The notes under the pieces are model-generated. The model made no database searches and was not told the origin of the DNA. It saw nothing but the letters and a program-made list of their open reading frames with translations. DNA of 64,000 nt from Candidatus Poribacteria bacterium (GTDB taxonomy: Bacteria; Poribacteria; WGA-4E; PCPOR2b), in contig OZ244587.1 of NCBI GenBank assembly GCA_965218095.1, positions 3,072,001 to 3,136,000 of the forward strand, written 5' to 3'. Shown here in pieces: positions 52,807 through 61,140 of the stretch. The number at the start of each line of letters is the position of its first letter. Positions within the stretch are counted from its first letter, which is position 1. A program made the position numbers and the translations under genes.

Positions 52807-53547
52807 ATGAAACTCAAAGACAAAGTCACAATTGTGACAGGTGCATCGCGTGGGATTGGCGAAGCGATTGCCCGAAAATTCTGTGAAGAAGGCGCGAGCG
52901 TTGTGCTCTGTTCACGTTCCGCTGAAGCAGTCGTTGCGATTGCCGAATCGCTTGCGGATGAAGGTTGGAACGCAAAATCGACACAGGCGGACATTTCCAA
53001 AAAAGCAGATGTGGAAGCACTGGTTGATCTGACCCTGAAAGAATTTTCCCGCGTTGATATTCTCGTGAATAACGCTGGGATTACCCGCGATGCCTTATTT
53101 ATGCGAATGAAGGCTGAAGACTGGGAGGTGGTCTTACAGACCAATCTCACAGGGACAGCGTACTGCATGCACGGTGTTATCCGTCCGATGATGCGTCAAA
53201 AAAGTGGGCGAATCATTAATATTTCATCAGTTGTGGGTCTAATGGGGAATGCAGGACAAGCGAACTATGCAGCTTCCAAAGCCGGGATAATTGGCTTGAC
53301 TAAATCCGTTGCAAAAGAAGTTGGCCGACGCGGCATTACGGTAAATGCAATCGCCCCCGGTTTTATCACAACCGATATGACGGCAAAATTATCAGAACAA
53401 GATCAACAGAAGATGCTGGAGGTGATTCCAATAGGCGATTTCGGTGGGCCGGAAGATGTTGCGGAAGCTGCGTTATTTTTGGCATCTGATGCCGCTCGAT
53501 ACATCACGGGGCAGGTGATCCAAGTTGATGGTGGCATGGTTATGTAA
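52807..53547 (+). CDS. fabG: 3-oxoacyl-ACP reductase
   Basis: TGASRGIG, NNAGITRD, YAASK. Confidence 0.96.
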   Translation: MKLKDKVTIVTGASRGIGEAIARKFCEEGASVVLCSRSAEAVVAIAESLADEGWNAKSTQADISKKADVEALVDLTLKEFSRVDILVNNAGITRDALFMRMKAEDWEVVLQTNLTGTAYCMHGVIRPMMRQKSGRIINISSVVGLMGNAGQANYAASKAGIIGLTKSVAKEVGRRGITVNAIAPGFITTDMTAKLSEQDQQKMLEVIPIGDFGGPEDVAEAALFLASDAARYITGQVIQVDGGMVM

Positions 53548-53641
53548 TGCAGGTATCAGGTGTTAGGACTCAGGTATTGCGATATGCCTGATGCCTAATA
53601 TCCAATGCCCAATACCTAAAAAGAGGAGGTTAATAAAATCG

Positions 53642-53875
53642 ATGGCAGTAGATCGAAATCGAATTATCAAAATGATTGCAGATCATTTGCAGATCGACGA
53701 GGACCAGGTCACGCTTGAGTCCGCGTTCATGGATGATTTAGGCGCCGACTCGTTGGATACAGTGGAATTGATTATGGCGCTCGAAGAGGAATTTGATATT
53801 GAAATTCCGGATAGCGATGCCGAAAAGATTCGCACTGTGCAGAATGTGCTTGATTACCTGAACACGCGTGCCTGA
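53642..53875 (+). CDS. acpP: Acyl carrier protein
   Basis: [12 protein letters not shown]; SD GAGGAGG before ATG 53642. Confidence 0.96.
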   Translation: MAVDRNRIIKMIADHLQIDEDQVTLESAFMDDLGADSLDTVELIMALEEEFDIEIPDSDAEKIRTVQNVLDYLNTRA

Positions 53876-53983
53876 TGTGCGCATAATTTCAATTCGCGAT
53901 TGGCGGTCATCAGGTAGACCGCCGATCGTTAATTTTAACCTAAAGAATACTGTCAAAAATAACAGGCGAAAGAGGTACAATTC

Positions 53984-55225
53984 GTGGGGCGAGTAGTTAT
54001 CACCGGAATGGGAGTGGTCAGTGCAGTCGGCAACTCCAAAAATGAGTTTTGGGAATCAATTGCGGCAGGTAAAAGTGGTATTGATCGCGTGACACATTTC
54101 GATCCGAAGGAGTTTCGCTCGCAGATCGGGGGAGAAGTCAAAGAGTTTGCGCCGGAGATGTTTCTCCCACCTAAAGCCGCAGCCCGTTTACCTTTGTTTA
54201 TTAAATACGGACTTGTTGCGTCAATCATGGCACAGCAGGATGCTGGACTCGATTTGTCTCGGATCGACCCTTACCGTGTTGGCGTTGGTGTCGGGTCTGG
54301 CATTGGCGGCATTAGTGTCCTTGAAGAGAACGCTCGGTTATTAATGGAAAGAGGACCTAAACGGGTGAGCCCCTTCTTCGTACCTTACGAGATCATCAAT
54401 ATGGCTGCCGGGCAGATCTCGATCCATTTGAAAATCAAGGGACCGAACTTCGCATCTGTAACGGCGTGTGCAACTGCCAACAACACAATTGGGGAATCAT
54501 TTCGGTTAATTCAGCGTGAAGATGTTGACGTAATGTTTGCCGGTGGCACAGAAGCCGCAATCACTCCATTGAGTTATGCCGGTTTTTGCTCAATGCGTGC
54601 AATGTCTATCCGCAACGACGAGCCACAACGGGCAAGCCGTCCTTTTGATAAGGATCGGGATGGGTTTGTCATGGGGGAAGGTGCAGGCGTGCTGACCTTG
54701 GAATCTCTTTCGCACGCTTTGGAACGCGACGCCTACATCTATGGCGAGATTGTTGGCTACGGGATGAGTTCCGATGCGTATGATATGGTGCATCCAAGCA
54801 AAGATGGCGAAGGTGCCGCCAAAGCCATGGAATTTGCACTCAAGGACGGTCAAATTGCCCCGGAAGAGGTTGGTTACATCAACGCCCACGGAACTTCGAC
54901 GCCAGCAGGCGATGCTGCTGAAATAGTTGCTATTAAAAATGTATTTGGAGCGCACGCTTACCGACTCGCCGTGAGTTCGACGAAATCGATGATGGGTCAC
55001 TTGCTTGGCGCCGCCGGAGCTGTTGAACTGATTGCCAGTGTCTGTGCAATCGAAAAAGGCTATATCCCTCCCACCATTAACTACGAAACTCCCGATCCGG
55101 ATTGCGATCTGGATTGCGTGCCGAACCAAGGACGCCCTGCGGATATTCAGGTCGCATTGTCCAACGCTTTTGGTTTTGGCGGACACAATACATCGATTGC
55201 TGTCCGAAAATATGTTGAAGCGTAA
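53984..55225 (+). CDS. fabF: 3-oxoacyl-ACP synthase II
   Basis: [27 protein letters not shown]. Confidence 0.96.
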   Translation: MGRVVITGMGVVSAVGNSKNEFWESIAAGKSGIDRVTHFDPKEFRSQIGGEVKEFAPEMFLPPKAAARLPLFIKYGLVASIMAQQDAGLDLSRIDPYRVGVGVGSGIGGISVLEENARLLMERGPKRVSPFFVPYEIINMAAGQISIHLKIKGPNFASVTACATANNTIGESFRLIQREDVDVMFAGGTEAAITPLSYAGFCSMRAMSIRNDEPQRASRPFDKDRDGFVMGEGAGVLTLESLSHALERDAYIYGEIVGYGMSSDAYDMVHPSKDGEGAAKAMEFALKDGQIAPEEVGYINAHGTSTPAGDAAEIVAIKNVFGAHAYRLAVSSTKSMMGHLLGAAGAVELIASVCAIEKGYIPPTINYETPDPDCDLDCVPNQGRPADIQVALSNAFGFGGHNTSIAVRKYVEA

Positions 55226-55388
55226 AATGTGAAACGTGATGCACAATACGGAACACATTTTATGCTTCTTATTTGTTTTCCTACCTGCTGCTTTCCCTTC
55301 TTGCTCCTCTTTACCTCATCGCCGGAATCACGAATAATGGACAAGCAGAGCTCGTCTAGCTGTAATACCTACCTTATAGGAGTTCTAA

Positions 55389-56351
55389 ATGGCACAAAAG
55401 CGAAAATACAAAAATCCATACTGCCAGACCCAATCCGAGTTGGCAGAATGGCTTTCTCTGTTCGCTCGCGATCACAGCACTACCGAAGTCGCTGACGCAC
55501 TCGTCGAGCGATATCCAGAACGAACGACCGGCGATCCAAAAGCCGACCATCGATGGGCAAAGGAAGCCATCTGCACCGTCAACCCCAACGACAACCGTTA
55601 CAACGCCGCGAAGTGGGATAAGCAATTCTGGCTAACGCAGGCGAATTACCATCGGGAGCTGGAGAAGCGTCACCGACGACTGGCATCTAAGGCAGTGAGC
55701 GCATTGAACGCCGCGTATGACAGTCTGGAATCTACAATTTCAGCCCTTAGCCCAAAAGAGCAAATCTCACTTGTTCCGAAAGCGTTGCTCACTCTTAATC
55801 AAGCCATCGGAAGCGTGCAAGCACCGCCCCCGTCATCCGAGCAAAACGACCCAGACGAGGATACCGAAGCCAAAGCACAAGCCGATACCGAAAAAGAGGA
55901 AATGACAGTGGAAGAAGCCCGCGAGATCATAACCAGATTAATAAACCGGCGCAAAGCACAAAATATACTGCGGAAAGGCAAAAGCTTTGATGAGGTAACG
56001 GCAGAGACCGGCATGACTGAAGAGGAAATTAAAGAGCATCTGATGCGTAAAAAAGTCGAACACGAGGTCCTCGGCATGTACAAAAACGGCATGGACGTAG
56101 AGACGATCCAGCTACGAACCAAGCTCGGCTATGCCTACATCGACAGCATTATAGATAACGCCGTCAACGACAGAATTTCGGGTTTTGACAGCCGGAGACG
56201 GGAAAATTCTGAGGCCCGCGCCAAAACCCGTTCGCTATTAAAGAACGGCGACGACGAGGATTTAGACTTTGATTCGGATGCGGACACCGCCAGCGATGAC
56301 CGTGACGACCGCCCACCGCCGCGCGGTGCCGAATGGGAGAGTAGGGAATAA
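55389..56351 (+). CDS. Hypothetical protein, paralog of 2014-3102, with two HTH-like segments
   Basis: 320-aa ORF, SD AGGAG; shared N-terminal motifs; LRKGKSFDEVTAETGMTEEEI and YKNGMDVETIQLRTKLG. Confidence 0.7.
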   Translation: MAQKRKYKNPYCQTQSELAEWLSLFARDHSTTEVADALVERYPERTTGDPKADHRWAKEAICTVNPNDNRYNAAKWDKQFWLTQANYHRELEKRHRRLASKAVSALNAAYDSLESTISALSPKEQISLVPKALLTLNQAIGSVQAPPPSSEQNDPDEDTEAKAQADTEKEEMTVEEAREIITRLINRRKAQNILRKGKSFDEVTAETGMTEEEIKEHLMRKKVEHEVLGMYKNGMDVETIQLRTKLGYAYIDSIIDNAVNDRISGFDSRRRENSEARAKTRSLLKNGDDEDLDFDSDADTASDDRDDRPPPRGAEWESRE

Positions 56352-56367
56352 CGATCGTTATTCCTAC
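56341..56367. repeat. GTAG-type REP-like palindrome supplying the stop codon of the upstream ORF
   Basis: GTAGGGAATAACGATCGTTATTCCTAC. Confidence 0.7.
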
Positions 56368-56410
56368 AATTTTTCGTTATAGTTACCCCAATCGGGAGGC
56401 ATCAAAATCC

Positions 56411-58084
56411 TTGTTACACACGACACATTACGCTTCATGCCTTCTTGCTGCACTTCTTATCGGCACGGCCTCTTCCCAACTCTTCGCCCTCACCGATCCG
56501 GAAATTGACACAATGATAGCCGAAATGACAATCGAGGAAAAAGTCGGACAGCTCATCATGGTTGGCTTCGAGGGGACCCAGGCCAACACCGCCATCGAAA
56601 CCCATATCCGCCAACGGTTTGTCGGTGGGGTCGTCCTCTTTAGCCGGAATATCCAATCCCCGCAACAGATGGCGAAATTAACGAATGAGCTCCAGCGATT
56701 GGCGCGAGGGACGGTGCGTCAAATTCCGTTGCTGATCGGCATTGACCAAGAGGGCGGTTGGGTCATACGCCTGAAAAAAGGCGCGACGGTTCTGCCCGGC
56801 AATATGGCGTTGGGGGCAACCGATTCGACCGAATTGGCAGAGCGGGCGGGAGAAATCACCGCCGTTGAACTCGCCGCGGTGGGGGTCAACCTGAACTTCG
56901 CTCCGGTCATGGATGTCAACAACAATCCACGCAATCCCGTTATCGGTCGTCGTTCCTTCGGCGGATCGCCGGGGCTCGTTTCCCGTTTGGGGGTCGCTTA
57001 CATCCGGGGGTTGCAGCACAACGGCGTTCTGGCAACCGCGAAGCATTTCCCCGGACACGGAGACACCACCGTCGACTCGCACTTCGACCTGCCAACCGTG
57101 AGCCATGACCTGAAGCGCATCCACGCCCTTGAGCTGAAACCCTTTCGGGCTGCGATTGATGCCGATGTCGCTGCAATCATGACAGCGCATATCATCTATC
57201 CCGCCCTCGATGCCGACCGACCCGCCACCCTCTCGCCGACTATCTTAACGGATCTCTTACGCCAAGAACTCGGCTTTGATGGCTTGCTCATTACCGATGA
57301 TATGGAGATGAAAGCGATCGACGCTCGCTACCAATCGGGCGAAGCCGCGGTGATGGCGATTGAAGCCGGGGCGGACATCGTGCTTGTACTCTGGACGCCC
57401 ACGAAGCAGATTGAGGTCTTTAAGGCGTTGCTATCGGCGGTGAAGAGCGGACGAATCTCTCAAGCCCGGTTAGACCAATCCGTGAGACGTATTCTGAAAA
57501 GCAAGGGGGCGGCGTTTGGCCGACGTTTCGTTGATCCCGATGCGGTGGGAACAACCGTCGGGCGGGACGCACATAAGCAACTCGCTGGGGCAATCGCATC
57601 GCGGGCAATTACAGTGGTGGGGAATCGAAATAACATCGTGCCCTTAAAATTAAAGCCGGAAACCTCCGCTCTGATCCTAAGTGCATCACCGACCTTATTC
57701 GATATCTTCAAGGCACATCACCCGAACACGATCGAGGTGAGAATCCCAGAGAAACCGGATGGAGAACAAATCCCCCCGCAACTGACCCTGCAAGTTGCTT
57801 TGAATCCCGATCTTATCGGGGCGGGAAACGCCGATGTCATTATCGCCGGAATCACGAATAATGGACAAGCAGCGCTCGTCCAACAAATCAGCATGGGGAC
57901 AAAAACCCCCGTCATCGTCATCGCGTTTGGGTCCCCCTACACACTCCGTCACTGCCTGACTGTCTCCGCATCCCTTGCCGCTTATGATATCCACTACGCC
58001 TCTGTGTTGGCAGCGGTCGAGGTGATTGTCGGAGCACAAGAGGCTCAAGGCAAACTGCCGATTCAATTGTCAATTGAGCAGTAG
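56411..58084 (+). CDS. nagZ: Beta-N-acetylhexosaminidase, glycoside hydrolase family 3
   Basis: DQEGG, KHFPGHGDTTVDSH, TDDMEM; signal peptide. Confidence 0.92.
   Translation: MLHTTHYASCLLAALLIGTASSQLFALTDPEIDTMIAEMTIEEKVGQLIMVGFEGTQANTAIETHIRQRFVGGVVLFSRNIQSPQQMAKLTNELQRLARGTVRQIPLLIGIDQEGGWVIRLKKGATVLPGNMALGATDSTELAERAGEITAVELAAVGVNLNFAPVMDVNNNPRNPVIGRRSFGGSPGLVSRLGVAYIRGLQHNGVLATAKHFPGHGDTTVDSHFDLPTVSHDLKRIHALELKPFRAAIDADVAAIMTAHIIYPALDADRPATLSPTILTDLLRQELGFDGLLITDDMEMKAIDARYQSGEAAVMAIEAGADIVLVLWTPTKQIEVFKALLSAVKSGRISQARLDQSVRRILKSKGAAFGRRFVDPDAVGTTVGRDAHKQLAGAIASRAITVVGNRNNIVPLKLKPETSALILSASPTLFDIFKAHHPNTIEVRIPEKPDGEQIPPQLTLQVALNPDLIGAGNADVIIAGITNNGQAALVQQISMGTKTPVIVIAFGSPYTLRHCLTVSASLAAYDIHYASVLAAVEVIVGAQEAQGKLPIQLSIEQ
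57792..57821 (+). repeat. Short palindromic element in frame in nagZ (copy 2)
   Basis: AAGTTGCTTTGAATCCCGATCTTATCGGGG, identical to 61101-61130. Confidence 0.85.
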
Positions 58085-58197
58085 GGAACGCAGATCCCGA
58101 TTCCGTTGGCAAATTCTTTGCCTTACGGAATCGTGGATGCTCGGTTTTGTGATCTTCCCGCTTTGGAAGAAACAAAACCGGCATCTGCGTTCCCTAC
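58081..58197. repeat. Composite REP-like element with nested hairpins
   Basis: GTAGGGAACGCAGAT...ATCTGCGTTCCCTAC enclosing two further inverted repeats. Confidence 0.75.
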
Positions 58198-58235
58198 CGG
58201 TTGCAAACCGTGTCCTGTCAAGGAGGTCAACACCA

Positions 58236-58442
58236 ATGCAATCCACGACGAAAGATCGAAAGCAGAAACTGAAACCGACAACGGGAAAGAATCCGATAGC
58301 GCAACGCCTGATCACAGCAATGGAGAAACCACCACATCTCACCCATGAAGACGTTGAAGCACTGCGTCAGTCAATCGAAGAAGGAAAATTGCCCGTAAAA
58401 TTTGATTCACCCCTTGAGCCGGATGAACGTCAAAAACAATGA
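58236..58442 (+). CDS. Small hypothetical protein, possibly an orphan antitoxin
   Basis: SD AAGGAGGT, 68 aa; overlapping ATGA followed at once by a stop suggests a lost partner gene. Confidence 0.55.
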   Translation: MQSTTKDRKQKLKPTTGKNPIAQRLITAMEKPPHLTHEDVEALRQSIEEGKLPVKFDSPLEPDERQKQ

Positions 58443-58501
58443 ATTAAATATCTTGTTTCTACAACTCCGCGCCGTGTCAGTGCGAGAATGGAGGAAAAAT
58501 T

Positions 58502-59377
58502 ATGGCTGAAACAACTCCATTAAAATTACGTGTGAGTAGAGAAGAGGCACGTCAGAAAATACAAGCGCGAATTGAGAAGGGACAACAACTTCGCAGCGAA
58601 GATATACGTTCAAACGAAAGAAAAAAAGCCGGAAGAGAACGCAAAAATTGGTCAGAAGATAACAAAACCCTCCTGCTGAGTCTATTTGGTGAAGAGTCAA
58701 CAGCAGTAGACCAGTATATTCACTTCGATAATTTTATAGATTCAAGAAGTCTTGCGCGGTTTAGCCCAGATGTCCCTTCTCATGTAAAGGGGTCACGCTT
58801 GTATGAAGAACGTATGAACTCTAGCATCAAGAGCCTAAAGGAAATCCTTAGTGAACTTGAATTATACGATAAGCCCTCAGATGTTCAGCGTACATCCGTT
58901 AATGAAGATACTTCAGATAATTTTGCTCGCACTTTCGGCGACAAAGTGTTCATCGTGCACGGGCGTGATGATGGAGCTAAAGAAACTGTCGCTAGATTTG
59001 TAGAAAATTTAGGTATAGAGGCAACTATACTTCATGAACAACCGAGCGGGGGTCGAACGATTATTGAGAAAATCGAGAGGTACTCGGGCGACGCATGCTT
59101 TGCTATCGTCTTGATTACACCTGATGATGTTGGGGCCTTAAGAGATGAAGCAGATGACGAACGCAACCCTAGAGCCCGACAGAACGTTGTCTTTGAACTA
59201 GGCTATTTTATGGGAAAGCTAGGCCGCGAAAGAGTATGCCCACTCTTCAAAGGCGAAGTAGAGAACCCCTCAGATATTGATGGTATAGTCTATGTGACCA
59301 TGGACAATTCAGGTGCATGGCGTCAGCAACTACGCCAAGAAATGGAGTACGCCGGGTTACCTGTACAGAACAGATAA
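58502..59377 (+). CDS. TIR-like domain protein (CAP12/Pycsar-type TIR) with unknown N-terminal domain
   Basis: KVFIVHG, ILHEQ, TIIEK, FAIVLITPDD, RARQNVVFELG. Confidence 0.88.
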   Translation: MAETTPLKLRVSREEARQKIQARIEKGQQLRSEDIRSNERKKAGRERKNWSEDNKTLLLSLFGEESTAVDQYIHFDNFIDSRSLARFSPDVPSHVKGSRLYEERMNSSIKSLKEILSELELYDKPSDVQRTSVNEDTSDNFARTFGDKVFIVHGRDDGAKETVARFVENLGIEATILHEQPSGGRTIIEKIERYSGDACFAIVLITPDDVGALRDEADDERNPRARQNVVFELGYFMGKLGRERVCPLFKGEVENPSDIDGIVYVTMDNSGAWRQQLRQEMEYAGLPVQNR

Positions 59378-59415
59378 ACTTATAGACTCCCGCACTACCC
59401 CAAAGGAATTTCACC

Positions 59416-61101
59416 ATGCCCACACTCGACTTTAAAGGAAAACAACATATCTACGCCCACCATCTCACCGTTCCCTACCGGCCGATTGAACCGGACGAAA
59501 GCCGCTCCTGCAACCCAGCCGGTGCCGACGACAACCTCATCATCCACGGCGATAACCTACACGCCCTCAAAGCCTTATTACCCCGCTACGCGAACCGTAT
59601 CAAGTGCGTCTACATTGACCCTCCCTACAACACAGGCAGTCAGGCTTGGGTGTACAACGACCGCGTGAACAGTCCGTTGATGCAAGCGTGGTTTGCTCAA
59701 AATAGCCCGGTTGATGGTGAAGACCTTGAACGCCACGACAAGTGGCTCTGCATGATGTGGTCACGCCTGCATCTGCTCCGAGAATTGCTGTCCGATGATG
59801 GCGTGATTTTTGTTTCCATTGATGACCATGAACAGCACCATTTGCGCATGATGATGGACGAAATATTTGGGGCTGAGACATTTATTGCATGTCTTGCGGC
59901 AGTTCTTAATCTAAAAGGGAGTCGGGACAATCGAGGTTTCACCACTACACATGAAAGTGTGCTTGTTTACGAGAAGGTCGCCAGATCAGCAATCCTTCAT
60001 GAAGTCCCTTTGCACGATGACGACACCGATGAATGGTTTGAAGACGATGTGGGTTGGTACAAAAAAGGTGCAAGTCTGAAGTACAGTGGGGAAAATGCGC
60101 CCAGAGAGAAAAGACCAAATCTATTTTATCCAATATATGTAGATGAAGATGGCACTGTTGGAGTTGAACCGAAATCTGATACATCAGAAGAACTTTGGCC
60201 GATTGCAGACGGTGGCCAAGAAGTTACTTGGCGCTGGAGCCGAGATACAGTCACAGCAAATCCAAATGAGATCCTTGCTATTCGATCACTAATAGGTTGG
60301 ACATTACATAAGAAACAACGACCACCGGTTGGGGTTGTTCCATCGAAAAAGCCCAAGTCAACGTTCTATTCGCCTAAGTACTCTGCTACTACTGCTACAA
60401 TCATTGTCAAAGAAATTTTTGACAATACCAGAACATTTGATTATCCAAAATCTCCACATTTCTTAGCTGACCTGATAAGTATTGCTGGTGTCGGTACTGA
60501 CGACATCATCCTCGACTCATTTGCCGGCAGCGGCACTACAGCCCACGCGGTCCTCGCGCTGAACAAGGAAGATGGTGGCAATCGGAAGTTTATCCTCATT
60601 GAGTGCGAGGATTACGCCGACACCATCACCGCCGAGCGGGTCCGCCGTGTCATCAACGGCGTACCCAATGCCCGCGACGCTTCACTGCGCGAAGGCTTGG
60701 GCGGCTCCTTCACCTACGGCACATTGGGCAAACCGATTGAAATAGAGGGGATGCTCACCGGGGAAGCACTCCCGTCTTATGAATCACTCGCCGCCTGTCT
60801 ACTGTCTACCGCCTCTGGGATTTCCGTTGGGGCGAATGCGTTAGAGCAGAAAAACGGTGACGGCCTCTTCCACAGCGGTGATGGAATTGACTACTACCTG
60901 CTCTACAAACCCGACCTCGAATACCTACGGAGTAACGAGGCGATCCTTAACTTAGAGCGAGCGGAACGTATCCGCAACGCCAATCATCAGAACGGGGTTA
61001 AGGCAATCGTTTACGCGCCGGGAAAATACATCGGCCAGCGGGAACTCACAGGAATGGGGATTACATTCTGTCAACTTCCTCACGCCCTGCACGAAAGATA
61101 A
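59416..61101 (+). CDS. mod: Type III restriction-modification methyltransferase
   Basis: YIDPPY and ILDSFAGSGTT in beta-class order. Confidence 0.92.
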   Translation: MPTLDFKGKQHIYAHHLTVPYRPIEPDESRSCNPAGADDNLIIHGDNLHALKALLPRYANRIKCVYIDPPYNTGSQAWVYNDRVNSPLMQAWFAQNSPVDGEDLERHDKWLCMMWSRLHLLRELLSDDGVIFVSIDDHEQHHLRMMMDEIFGAETFIACLAAVLNLKGSRDNRGFTTTHESVLVYEKVARSAILHEVPLHDDDTDEWFEDDVGWYKKGASLKYSGENAPREKRPNLFYPIYVDEDGTVGVEPKSDTSEELWPIADGGQEVTWRWSRDTVTANPNEILAIRSLIGWTLHKKQRPPVGVVPSKKPKSTFYSPKYSATTATIIVKEIFDNTRTFDYPKSPHFLADLISIAGVGTDDIILDSFAGSGTTAHAVLALNKEDGGNRKFILIECEDYADTITAERVRRVINGVPNARDASLREGLGGSFTYGTLGKPIEIEGMLTGEALPSYESLAACLLSTASGISVGANALEQKNGDGLFHSGDGIDYYLLYKPDLEYLRSNEAILNLERAERIRNANHQNGVKAIVYAPGKYIGQRELTGMGITFCQLPHALHER

Positions 61102-61130
61102 AGTTGCTTTGAATCCCGATCTTATCGGGG
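61101..61130 (+). repeat. Short palindromic element, intergenic (copy 3)
   Basis: Identical to 57792-57821; abuts the mod stop codon and the res SD. Confidence 0.85.
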
Positions 61131-61140
61131 AGGTGACGAC

